Below, in pieces: positions 24,956 to 37,830 of a stretch of 64,000 nt of DNA. A program made the position numbers and the translations under genes. The notes below the pieces were generated by a model, which had not been told where the DNA came from, did no database searches, and saw only the letters and a program-made list of their open reading frames with translations. How positions within the stretch are numbered: position 1 is the first letter of the stretch; the number at the start of each line of letters is the position of its first letter. The DNA is from Octopus sinensis (Eukaryota), in assembly GCF_006345805.1 (NCBI RefSeq), contig NC_043003.1:42904001-42968000 (forward strand), read 5' to 3'.

Positions 24956-25004
24956 CTGTTTATCTGTCTGTCTGTCTGCCTGCCAGTCTGTCTATCTGTC
25001 TATC

Positions 25005-25289
25005 AGTTCGGATCAAAAAAAAAAGAGTCCAGGCGAATTGCGCCGCGAGTGTCGCGTTGCTCTCAAGCAACTCTGCCGTCCCGGGTCGACCTTGAGTGAC
25101 TGCAGAACGGTTTCGTCGCTCTGACCGCATCTCGGGCAGGTCGGCCCCGTGTTTCTCGAGCCGTGTCTGTAGAGCTTATCCCTTTTGATCGAAAACCTAC
25201 GCTACTTTTTTTTCTCATCCCCCAAAATAAAAGCTCTACCTTGTAATTTGTCCCATCTGTGTGCAGCCCTGTGTGGCCAATAAATAAAC
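25005..25289. mobile_element. Second Tx1/L1 copy with an internal inversion
   Basis: ~25099-25183 is the reverse complement of 24156-24240. It is joined through atccc to the same 3' UTR (ttttgatcgaaa..tgtgcagccctgtgtggccaataaa) and followed by (TATC)n. Confidence 0.8.
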
Positions 25290-25389
<100 letters not shown>

Positions 25390-25432
25390 ATGTACATATA
25401 TATATAAGTATATATAATTATATATACACATG

Positions 25433-25785
25433 TAGGCGCTGGAGTGCCTGCCTGGTAAGTAGCTTGCTTACAAGCATCATGGTGCCGCGTTCAATCCCAC
25501 TGTGTCACACCTTGAGCAACTGTCTCCTACTATAGACTCGGGCGGACCAAAGCCTTGTGAGTGGATTTGGTAGACGGAATCTGAAAAAAACCTGTCGTAT
25601 ATATATATGTGTGTGTGTGTTTGTGTGTTTGCGATTGTCCTCCAGCATCGCTTGGCATTACTGGATCGGCAAAAGAGAGCCATAGTATATGTACAAGGTT
25701 TACAAAGAATAAATCCTGGGCTGGACTTGCTCCAGCATGGCTGCTGTTAAGTGACGGAAACAAGTAAAAGAATAAAAAATAAAGT
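25433..25785 (+). mobile_element. CORE-type SINE family A
   Basis: Head aggcgctggagtg..ggtaagtagcttgctta..gttcaatcccactg; CORE caccttgagcaa.tgtc; tail ctccagcatggc..gaaacaagtaaaaga. Confidence 0.85.
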
Positions 25786-25834
25786 AATACATATATACAT
25801 ATACTTGCAACATTCATACACACACATATAATGG

Positions 25835-25870
<36 letters not shown>

Positions 25871-25911
25871 CATAAATTATATGACTTTTATCTCTCTTCT
25901 CCCTCTCTCTG

Positions 25912-25957
<46 letters not shown>

Positions 25958-26045
25958 CTCTCTCTCTCTCTCATCTCGTCTCTCCTCTCTCTCTATATAT
26001 ATATATCTATATATATATATATCTATTATATATATATATATATAC

Positions 26046-26077
<32 letters not shown>

Positions 26078-26506
26078 AGGACGTTGGATATGTCTCTTCT
26101 GCTTTTTAATTATTATTTTGTTAATTATTATAAATCTTCCAATGAGGAGGGGGCGGTTTCCAAGCAAGATACAATGTGCATGTATGTATGTATGTATGTT
26201 TGTATGTATGTATGTACGTATGTATGTATGTATGTATGTATGTATGTATGTATGTATGTATGTATGTATGTATGTATGTATATATACCTGTATGTATGTA
26301 TGTGTGCATATGTATGAATGAGTCTACATGTTTGTTACCTGCGCGTACACTTGTTCATCTGTTTCTATCTTCCAACGTGCATGCGAGGGAGGTAACATAA
26401 CTTTCATGTCGTTGAGTTGCCTCCCTTGTACACCTTGACTTACCTGTGTTTATATAGAAACGGTAAATGCGGTTATAGTAATCTAAGTTCAGTGTAGAGT
26501 AGGCCT

Positions 26507-29190
26507 AATTCTTTCCCGCGAAAAGCAATCAATAAATTCTGAGATCTTTTTGCAGAGGGGTAAAAAAAATGCAAGACCGGTAACGACAGTACCAACATAT
26601 AAACAGTAAAAAATATATAATAAACAGTGGAAAAATAAATATATAACGTGAGAGACAAGACAAGGAGAACAAGATAAGAAGGGCTGTTAACGCCAGACGA
26701 AAAAAGTATTGTAACGCTGATTATCGTGGAAGACAGAGAGGGAAATTTTGTCAACCAGAAGCCTTGCAAGGCGGGAGAGAAAAGACAGGATAGCAGTTAC
26801 GACGGAAGTATCGTCGCAGATGGATGACGGGAATGGGGGAGGAGAGCAAGAGGAAGGGAGAGAGAGAAGGGGAATGGTGCGAGGAGACCATGAAGAATGT
26901 GAAAGGGAGAGAGATGAAGAATGAAGAGAGAGAGGAGATACAAGTTAAGTGAGGGAAAAAAAAGACGAAAACAGGAATGGGAGAGAAAGAAGAAAGATGC
27001 AGAGTCGCGTGAGAGTTAATATCAAGGCTAACTTGATAAACAGAACAATCTTACTTAGTAGGGTGCGTGCGTTTAATCGTATAATATGTTAATAAAATAG
27101 AATATATGCATATATAAACATATATGTATGTACCTACCTCTACATGTACATATACCGCATATATGTTGTACAGGACACCAAAAAGACGTCGAACACATAG
27201 AGGAGACGAAACACATAGACACAAACCAAGGAACAAGACAAGCAAAAAAAAGGAGAGATACAGGACAATAACACAACGAAAAACCCCCTTCTTCAGTCGC
27301 TAAGATTTCATCTACTAAACGTTTCGAAGGATAAAAGCGAGACGTATACTTCGAAAAAATTCCTTCCCGCGAAAAGCAATCAATAAAATTCTGAGATCTT
27401 TTCGCAGAGGGGTAAAAAAAAAGCAAGACGTAACGACAGTACAAACATATAAACAGTAAAAAATATATATATAACAGTGGAAAAATAAATATATAACAGT
27501 GAGAGACAACACAGGAGAACAAGATAGAAGGGCTTTTAACGCCAGACGAAAAAAGTATTGTAAACGCTGGATTATCGTGGAAGACAGAGAGGGAAATTTT
27601 GTCAACCAGAAGCCTTGCAAGGCGGGAGAAAAAGACAGGATAGCAGTTACGACGGAAGTATCGTCGCAGATGGATGACGGGAATGGGGGAGGAGGAGCAA
27701 GAGGAGAGAAAAGAAGGGGAATGGTGCGAGGAGACCATGAAGAATGGTGAAAGGGAGAGAGAGAATGAAGAATGAGAGAGAGAGAAGAGACAATTAAGTG
27801 AGGGAAAAAAGACGAAAAAAAGTGAATGGAGAGAAAGAAAGAAAGATGCAGAGTCGCGTGAGAGTTAATATCAAGCTAACTTGATAAACAGAACAATCTT
27901 ACTTAGTATGGTTCGTTGCGTTTAATCGTATAATATGTTAATAAAATAGAATATATGCATATATATAAACATATATGTATGTACCTACCTCTACATGTAC
28001 ATATACACGCATATATGTGTACAGGACACCAAAAAGACGTCGAACACATAGAGAGACGAAACACATAGACACAAACCAAGGAACAAGACAACAAAAAAAG
28101 GGGAGAGATACAGGACAATAAGCACAACGAAAAAACCCCCCCTTCTTCAGTCGCTAAGATTTCATCTACTAAACGTTTCGAAGGATAAAAGCGAGACGTA
28201 TACTTCGAAGAAAAATTCCTTCCCTCCCGCGAAAAGCAAATCAATTAAAATTCTGAGATCTTTTCGCAGAGGGGTAAAAAAAAAGGCAAGACGGTAACGA
28301 CAGTACAAACATATAAACAGTAAAAAATATATATATAAACAGTGGAAAAATAAATATATAACAGTGAGAGACAAGACAAGGAGAACAAGATAAGAAGGGC
28401 TGTTAACGCCAGACGAAAAAAGTATTGTAAACGCTGGATTATCGTGGAAGACAGAGAGGGAAATTTTGTCAACCAAAGCCTTGCAAGGCGGGAGAGAAAA
28501 GACAGATAGCAGTTACGACGAAGTATCGTCGCAGATGGATGACGGAATGGGGGAGGAGGAGCAGAGGAGGGAGAGAGAGAAGGGAATGGTGCGAGGAGAC
28601 CATGAAAATGGTGAAAGGGAGAGATAAGAATGAAGAATGAGAGAGAGAGGAAGAGACAAGTTAAGTGAGGGAAAAAAAAGACGAAAAAGGGAATGGGAAG
28701 AAAGAAAGAAAGATGCAGAGTCGCGTGAAGTTAATATCAAGGCTAACTTGATAACAGAACAATCTTACTTAGTAGGGTGCGTGCGTTTAATCGTATAATA
28801 TGTTAATAAAATAGAATATACATATATATAAACATATATGTATGTACCTACCTCTACATGTACATATACACGCATATATGGTGTAAGACACCAAAAAGAC
28901 GTCGAACACATAGAGAGACGAAACACATATACACAAACCAAGGAACAAGACAAGCAAAAAAAAGGGAAGATACAGGACAATAAGCACAACGAAAAAACCC
29001 CTTCTTCAGTCGCTAAGATTTCATCTACTAAACGTTTCGAAGGATAAAAGCGAGACGTAATACTTCGAAGAAAAATTCCTTCCCGCGAAAAGCAAATCAA
29101 TTAAAATTCTGAGATCTTTTCGCAGAGGGGTAAAAAAAAGGCAAGACGTAAACGACAGTACAACATATAAACAGTAAAAAATATATATAT
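26507..29190. repeat. Tandem array of a ~855-bp non-coding unit (~3.1 copies)
   Basis: The anchor tcccgcgaaaagc recurs with its gcg ending at 26520, 27371, 28231 and 29087 (periods 851, 860, 856). The array ends in a (TA)n tract. Confidence 0.95.
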
Positions 29191-29440
29191 AAACATATAT
29201 ATATATATATCTATATATATATTATATATATATATACATATATATACATATATATTACATATATATGTATGTACGTATATTATATATTGTATGTATATAT
29301 ATATATATATGTATGTATATGTATGTATTATATATAAATATGTTATGTATGTATTATATATTATGTATGTATGTATATATATGTATGTATATATGTATGT
29401 ATAGATACATTGTATGTATATATATATGTCTGTATGTATG

Positions 29441-29498
<58 letters not shown>

Positions 29499-29575
29499 TA
29501 TTGTATGTATGTATATATATATGTATGTGTGTATATATATATGTATGTATGTATATATATATATATATATATCCT
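29190..29575. repeat. Degenerate (TA)n/(TATG)n microsatellite
   Basis: Read directly; source of spurious ORFs. Confidence 0.95.
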
Positions 29576-30257
29576 TAAGCTGACTGAATTGTGACTTGTT
29601 ACGGAGTCCAGAATACAGTTAGATTTGAATCGTTAAAGTGTGTATGATACGCTGCACTAACATCTTAGCTTCGTATACACTCATTACACAGCAGTCTTCG
29701 TGAAGCGGTGACTTGACGGATTCGTTAGGATGCCGGATAAAATTGTTAACGATATTTCTCCCGCTTTACGTCTTGTGCACAAATGCTGCCGAAATTTGCC
29801 TCGTTAACCACTTCGGGATCGATAGAAATTAGTACCTAACTGGTATTGCTGTAATCGACTATCCCACCCCATGAACTTCCAAGTCTTTTACCTATAGTGG
29901 AAGGATTATGTTATAACATTTGCTTAGTGTTTTAAGGCCTGTTTTTTTGGGTGTGACGACATTGTATCTCAACTTATTTGTCAGCTCCCTTGTTGAGAAG
30001 GGACTCGGCGAATGCAACGAATGCCGAAAGAGATGCGAAAAAAAAAAAGAAAAGAAAGAAAACAGAAAGAAAGATAAAATCTATACGTCAGTACGCTGGT
30101 GGATCTTTATTTATTGACACCTGCGCGTGGAAAGCGATTTTGGACCCGGAGGAATTCGAAGTTAAGATATCAAAAGCTGGACATGTGCCGCACACATTTT
30201 CGCAATTTTCGTAACTGACCGCCTATGTTGGTCTTACATTCCTTTATATCATATTTG

Positions 30258-30261
<4 letters not shown>

Positions 30262-30325
<64 letters not shown>

Positions 30326-30390
30326 TTATTATTATTATTATTATTATTATTTATTATTATTATATTATTATTATTATTATTATTATTTTA
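30262..30390. repeat. (ATT)n microsatellite
   Basis: Read directly. Confidence 0.95.
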
Positions 30391-30399
30391 TCACATAAT

Positions 30400-30610
30400 A
30401 ATAAGATGGTAAGCTGGCAGAATTTTAAACACACCGGACAAAAGTGCTAAGCTGCATTTTGTGTGTCTTTGTGTTCTGAGTTCAAATTTCAACAGTGTAG
30501 TTTATCCTTTTGGGGTTGATAAAATAAGTGTTAAGCACCGAGGTCGATTTAATCGACTAGCTCTCCCCCATCCCGTAAAATTTCAGGCCTTCCGCCTACA
30601 GTAGGAAACA
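30400..30610 (+). mobile_element. SINE family B (short tail), diverged
   Basis: ggtaagctggcagaa..ctgagttcaaatt..ggggttgataaaataag..aaaatttcaggcctt. Confidence 0.75.
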
Positions 30611-30867
30611 TCATTACTACATAATAATGTGAGGTCGCATGGCTGTTGCACTTCATCTCACGTTGCTCTGCGATCACTTCAGCAATTAACGCGTGGCATA
30701 CTTGTGCACCTGTTCAGGCAACGTTGTTTTGATGGCGAGAGTGAGATACTGTACAGAACGAATATTTGATCACTATAAACAAATAATTTGTGTAGGTCAA
30801 TTGGCAAAAAGCTGAACGCTCATACGTCATCTTCGAAGGGAGAGTCCCACATTGCATCATACATTAC

Positions 30868-31390
30868 ATCTTTTTTTTATTACTTGTTTCAGTCATTCTG
30901 ACTGTGGCCATGCTGGAGCACCGCCTTTAGTCGAGCAAATCAATCCCAGGACTTATTCTTTGTAAGCCTAGTACTTATTCTATCGGTCTCTTTTGCCGAT
31001 GTAAACACGCCAGCATCGCTTGTCAAGCGTGTCAGTCTCCGTCTACCAAATCCACTCACAAGGCTTTGCCCATTTGTTGGTGATTCCTTATTTCTCGTCG
31101 ATGGCACCTTTGCACCACCGAGGAAGCAGCCCCCCCTCCCATGGAGATGTAAACACGCCAGCACGCTTGTCAAGCGATGTTTTGGAGACAAACACAGACA
31201 CACAAACATATATATGCACACACACATATATATATACATATATATGACGGGCTTCTTTCAGTTTCCGTCTACCAAATCGACTCACAAGGCTTTGGTCGGC
31301 CCAATGCTATAGTAGAAGACACTTGCCCAAGGTGCCACGCAGTGCGAGTGAATCCGGAACCATGTGGCTGGCAAGCAAGCTACTTACCAC
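30868..31390 (-). mobile_element. CORE-type SINE family A, with an internal duplication or insertion
   Basis: Matches 62226-62637; the segment gatgtaaacacgccagca..cttgtcaagcg occurs twice, flanking an extra ~110 bp. Confidence 0.8.
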
Positions 31391-31674
31391 CTAGCCACTA
31401 CTGAATATCATAACAAGATATTCGATAACATTACAGTATGATATGATTTAATTTAATACTAAATCTGGCAGATCCTCATGTAATGTATTTGCTTCTTAAA
31501 AAGAATTAAATAAATAAGTATTTTCCTATTGTTGTGGATGTTTTCACGGCTTTTGAAATCCAGGGTCATTCTCTAGTGTTTCAATATAAAGTAGAGAAAG
31601 AATTTTCTGTTTGATTTTCTGAATGCTCACATGATGAGTGGCCTTACTCGGTTGCTGAGAGAGAGAGAGAGGAG

Positions 31675-31726
<52 letters not shown>

Positions 31727-33029
31727 GAGGTGGTGATGGTGGAAAGACAGTATGACAGTCGGTCGAGGTACGTTTTCATGCCTTCTGCGTGAGGAACAAT
31801 GACATCGCTACCATTGAGATTTGAATCTTCATGCGAAATTTAATATCAGGACTCAGCGAGCCAGAAGAAACACCGCAAGTTATCTCGTCAGACAAACTAA
31901 CAATTGCATCAATTCATTGCTCTGGACTGGAATTATATTATCTATCTGAAAAGCGTAAAAAGTAAAGCTGACCGCTGTGGGATTTAAACTGAGGGCACAG
32001 AGGGCAGGAACAAATATTGTCATGCGTTTTATTTGACGCTCTAACGAATCTGCGCTGGTCAGTTAAAAAAAAAAACATACATTCTATAAATATATACACT
32101 CAAACACATGCACGCACACACACATATATCCATGTACACATACATACACACACACGCATATAAATGTATATGAGCATGTATTTGTGTGTATTAGTGCGTA
32201 TATTAATGTATGTGTGTCTGTGTGTGCCATAACGTTCACGTGCACTCAACCTTTAGTTTCTTTAACAGCTGTGAAGATATCAAGTAACAAACAAATTGGA
32301 ATTATATGCTAAGATACTGTACAAGCATTCTTGCACACTTCCCAGTTTGTTCCACCCCAAATTACCCCTGGATCAGTAGTCACAGGATTTTTTTGTTGTT
32401 TTTCTCTCAAGAAACCTTGTTGAGTAAAGCTATTTAAAACGTTGCCTATAGTTTCCTAATCCGTCTTCATTTAGTATTTGTAGTTTATCTTTGACAAGAA
32501 TAAATACTTGCAGAGTGTTGTGTCATTATCTATGAACACACACGAAGGAAATTATTCTTAATTTTAGAAACTTAAACACTATAATAATATTCTTTTTTTT
32601 ATTTTTGTTTCCATCGTTTTCAGATACATTTTTTTTTCTATTTCTGTTCTGTCAAAGATAAATAGACGAATACACTAGGTTTTCAGTACGTGCATTGACA
32701 CTATAATCTGTGGCGATATCAAATATAGAGATTGTCGTGAACCAATATTATTCAGATGTTCTTTCGTTTTAAAAAACTTGTCTACGTTATTTCCGGTCCT
32801 CAAAAAGACACGATAGAAATACAGACATAGAATTGAAACACAGTGTGTAGAATCATCATAAAAACATAACATATTAATCTATATCAGAGAATTTCCTCCA
32901 ATTAATTCGAGATTTTAGATAAAGGACTATAATAGAGCTGTTTTGATTAATTTCATTATTGCATGGCGTCGACAATTTGGGAAACACAAAGTACAATTAA
33001 TGTAGTAAAGTCGGTCCTAACATATTTAA

Positions 33030-33083
33030 TATGCTGGTGATAGTGGTGATGGTGGTGGTGGTGGTAGTAGTAGTATTAGTAGT

Positions 33084-33115
<32 letters not shown>

Positions 33116-33152
33116 CAGCAGCAGTAGCAATGGTAGTAGTAGTGGTAGCAGC

Positions 33153-33186
<34 letters not shown>

Positions 33187-33220
33187 TCAGCAGCAGCAGT
33201 AGTAGTAGTAGTAGTAGTAT
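33030..33220. repeat. Compound trinucleotide repeat (GGT)n(AGT)n(AGC)n
   Basis: Read directly. Confidence 0.95.
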
Positions 33221-33488
33221 GGAGGCAAGCGCTGTAACGGGGCATTGCTGCATCCACCAATTGTTGGTGATTCCTTATTTCTTGTCGATGGCACCTTTTC
33301 ACCACCGAAAAGCAGCCCTCCAACTCATGGGTCTGTCTGGGCAGTCAATTCTGGTGACGGTTTTTCGAGATCGGAGTGCAAATCCTAACTCGACTGCTTT
33401 TAATGGCCTTTTACAACACACAGGGAAATTGTTGGGTCTCTTCTTTCACATGACAGTCCACACACAGCATAATACGTTGAACCAAATA

Positions 33489-33862
33489 AGGCGGCGAGCT
33501 TGCAGAAACGTTAGCACGCCGGCCGAAATGCTTAGCCGTATTTCATCTGTCGTTACGTTCTGAGTTCAAATTCCCCTGAGGTCGACTTTGCCTTTCATCC
33601 TTCCGGAGTCGATAAATTAAGTACCAGTTACGCACTGGGATCGATATAATCGACTTAAGCCATCTGTCTGTTCTTGTTTGTCTCCTCTGTGTTTAGCCCC
33701 TTGTGGGTAGTAAAGAAATAGGTTCAAATTCTGCTGAGGCCGACTTTGCCTTTCATTCTTTCGGTATCAATAAATTAAGTACCAGTTACGTACATTGATT
33801 GATCTAATCGACTGGCTCCTTCCCCCAAAATTTCGGTCCTTGTGCCTAGAGTAGAAAAGAAT
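33489..33862 (+). mobile_element. Two adjacent family B SINEs (long tail, then 5'-truncated short tail)
   Basis: aaggcggcgagcttgcagaaacg..gtgggtagtaaagaaata, followed directly by ggttcaaattc..cctagagtagaaaagaat. Confidence 0.85.
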
Positions 33863-33904
33863 ATGTTGAACCAAATTAATTCTTAATCCACTTAAATGAT
33901 TCTT

Positions 33905-34057
33905 TGATTTGTTTCAATTATTTGACTGCGACCATATAGGACTTATTCTTTGTAAACCTAGTACTTATTCCATCGGTCACTTTTGCCGAACTGCTAAGTT
34001 ACGGTGACGTAAACACACAGTAATAGTGGTGGGGGATACACACACACACATACACAC

Positions 34058-34119
<62 letters not shown>

Positions 34120-34370
34120 GGATGGATGGATACATACATACATACATTCATACATATAGGGCACGAAATTTCTGTGACCCTTGTTGGATGTTACCCCACC
34201 GTTGCTGGTAGTAAAGCCCCAACCTCCATAACATTTTAAACTTCAGGGCCCCAATATTGCAGATCCGTTACTGCCCGAAGCTATAGTAGAATACACTTGC
34301 CCATGGTGCCATGCAGTGACACTGAACCCGGAACCATGTGGTTAGGAAGCAAGCTTCTTACCACACAATT
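33905..34370 (-). mobile_element. CORE-type SINE family A with expanded internal (GATA)n
   Basis: ggacttattctttgtaaacctagtacttattc..ttttgccgaac; gctatagtagaatacacttgcccatggtgcc..gaacccggaaccatgtgg. Confidence 0.8.
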
Positions 34371-35032
34371 CAAAAAATCAACCCTGAGAAATTTTACCAA
34401 ATCATCTATGGATATAGTGCTTAGAATTCTATTCGTTGACATAATCCCAATATTGAAGATGTTATCAGCTAATTATCTCTTTGGAAGAATATGAAATACG
34501 TGTCAGTTTCAAAGAGAATTCCATGACGTAAAAACACGCCATTATGCTTCATTATGCATAAAACAAATTCAGTGAAAATCAGTTTTATTGAAAAAAATGT
34601 ATATTGTATGGTCTGAACTGTTGCATTTTTTACTCAAGTTTTATAGAATATCAAGGGGTTACTCAGATTCATCGCAAGCACTTGCATCAAAAACTTTCAG
34701 TAAGAGCCAACGAGGAACCTCCTACTGATCGAAGGAAGGAGGTAATATTCGGTCACTTAATCTGCTAAAAGCATGAAAATTGCTTCAAAATCCCATTCAA
34801 ATGATATATAATAAAAAAAAAAGAAAACGAATGATATATCGGATAATATAGTTATGGTTACAATATATCTGACACACACACAAACGGCTCTGTTAAAAAG
34901 CCAAATTCCCAACCGCACGGTACCGGGTCCGTCCCTCTGTGTGGTACCTTGGGTAAGTGTCTTCTACTATAGCCGTCCAGAGCCATTGTGAAAGGATTTA
35001 GTAGATGGAAACTGAAAGAAGCTCGTCATATA

Positions 35033-35235
35033 TATGAGGTGTTGCTGAAAAGTTCCTGGCTTTAAGGGTGTCACGAAAGGACTGGTTGGAGACCCAATCT
35101 TCCGAGTTCTTTTACGGGGATTAGAAAAACTTAAGGACTGCTGCAATAAGTGTGTGAATCTGAGAGGGGAATATATCAAAATTATAATTAACTGATCCAC
35201 CTGTATCTTATTTTACTTTTCAGCAACCCCTCGTA
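35033..35235. mobile_element. Mariner-derived MITE
   Basis: TIRs ta-tgaggtgttgctgaaaagt / acttttcagcaacccctcg-ta; internal remnant GLEKLKDCCNKCVNLRGEYIK of a transposase C-terminus. Confidence 0.8.
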
Positions 35236-35534
35236 TATATACATATTTGTGTGTGTGTGTAACTGTGTGTTTATGTGTGTGTATATTTGTGTGCGTGTCT
35301 GTGAGTGTGTTTCTTTGTCTCTGTGTTTTTGTCTTGACAACTGATGTTTGTATGTTTTTTGCCGTAACTTAGCAGTTCAGCAAAAGAGTACAATAGAATA
35401 AGTATCAGACTGTAAAAACAAAAAAAGTACTGATATTGATTTGTTCGACGGTTTGCATAAAGAGAAAGAAAACAGATGTATTAAAAAAAAAAAAATTATA
35501 TAGGTTATGACTCAAAGATAGAAATTTATCGTAA

Positions 35535-36185
35535 TTAGCAATCATCATCTTCCGCCATGTCCTCGGCTTCCTCCACGCCCTCGGCTTCTACCACACCCTC
35601 AGCTTCCATCACGCCCTCATCTTCTACCTCACCATCAGCTTCCATCACGCCCTCAGCTTCTACCACTCCTTTCACCACACTCTCAGCTTCCACCATGCCC
35701 TCGGCTTCCATCATGCCCTCAAGACGGATCCAGAACGTGGCGTATACTGCGTCGCTGGGATCTTCAAACGTCTCCTTTATCTTGATCACCAGTTCGGCCT
35801 TACTATTTCGGTTACCCCACATATAGCCTTCTATGAGATTACAATTGAGGAAATTAGAAAACCAGCTCTTGGGGCTGGTGAGGTCGTAGAATTTCTCCGA
35901 CAACCACATTTGACACTTTCTGGAGGAATGGCAAAGAACCGAATACTGCTGCCACACATATTAGACACGGTCAGAACGCCTGTTGTATCCCTTCCTGCTG
36001 GTCACGGCAATGTAGTCTCTGTTGTAGCTGCCCATGTCACATCCTACAGACTGTTCACAGAGTATTGAGCAGCAGTCTTAATGGCAGCATTTTGGCAACC
36101 AGCGTGATTCTAGTTCTCCATGTCAGCTAGCATCTTTCACGATTTCAACTTTAATCTTTATGCTCTCCAATGATGTTGAGTGTTC
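35535..36185 (-). mobile_element. Tc1/mariner-superfamily transposase remnant with an 18-bp minisatellite at its end
   Basis: WQQYSVLCHSSRKCQMWLSEKFYDLTSPKSW..CNLIEGYMWG..KAELVIKIKETFED resembles QQDSAPCH..WL..NF...WPPNSPD.NP.DY..WG. It ends in (GVVEAE)-like 18-bp repeats at 35560-35715. Confidence 0.8.
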
Positions 36186-36589
36186 ATCAATACATCAAGC
36201 TGTGTGTCTGTGTGTATGCGTGTGTGTGTGTGTGGGGGGGGCGAATAAAATTCTGATCGATCTCGTATATACACTACTGGACAAAATCTGAAGACCAGTG
36301 AAAAAATGCCGGAATGAACTCCTTGCAGACCGATATATTTGAATATTTTTCATTATAGATTTACCATTTCCAAATAGAAAAGTATATACAAAACTCAAAA
36401 GAAATATTTACCATTTAATGCAGAAAATATGCATTGTTTGAAAATGAACAACTTATTGTCAGGTCAAAAACTCAAGATGACCATTATGAATAAAATGTTA
36501 AAATTTTGTATGAACTACAAAAATTCTGGCATTTATGTTCAAGCTTTCTCTGTGTCAACAACTACTGATCACCCCCTGTCTATTTGACA

Positions 36590-37170
<581 letters not shown>

Positions 37171-37374
37171 TTTTTTTTAATTCGTACATATATTCACCTG
37201 ATGAAAGCGATTCTTTTTTCCACATGATGTTATAATTCTATTCATCAATAAAAAACACGTCTGAAACAGCTGTACCGAGTGAATGTCTGCATGTATTGTG
37301 AGTGTGTGGTATGTATATGTATCTGTACATTTGTTTATACATACACTGGTCTACAGCTCAGTGGTTTTCTTTAA

Positions 37375-37830
37375 TCTTTTATCTTTTACTTATTTCAGTC
37401 ATTAGACTGTGGCCATGCTGGGCACCACCTAAAAGAACTTTTAAACGAATGAATCGACCCCAGTACTTTTCTGGTTTTTAAGCCTGTTATTTCTTCTGTT
37501 GGTCTCTATTACCGAACCACTAGGTTATGGAGATGTAACACAGCAACACCGATTGTCGAACAGTGGTGGAGGACAAGCGCAGACACACACACACACACAC
37601 ACACACAACACACACACACACACACCACACCACCATACACACACACACCACACACACACACACACACACCACACACACACCACACACACACACACACGAA
37701 AGGCTATTTTCAGTTTCTGTCCATCGAATCTACTCATAAATCATGGGTCGTCCAAGGCTGTAGAAGAGCCCGGAACTATGGGGTTGAGAAGCAAAACTAC
37801 TTACCACACAGCCACGCCTGCACGTGCTGC
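37375..37830 (-). mobile_element. CORE-type SINE family A with an expanded (CA)n
   Basis: tttcagtcattagactgtggccatgctggg..; acttaccacacagccacgcctgcac. Confidence 0.8.

Noticed and set aside
27288-27326. Type II hammerhead in the 855-bp unit
   Set aside because: Both half-motifs are present, but the strands that must form stem I are not complementary.
26473-29100. Recurring ORFs in the tandem array
   Set aside because: Frames differ between copies, composition reflects pyrimidine-rich repeats, and no domain is recognisable.
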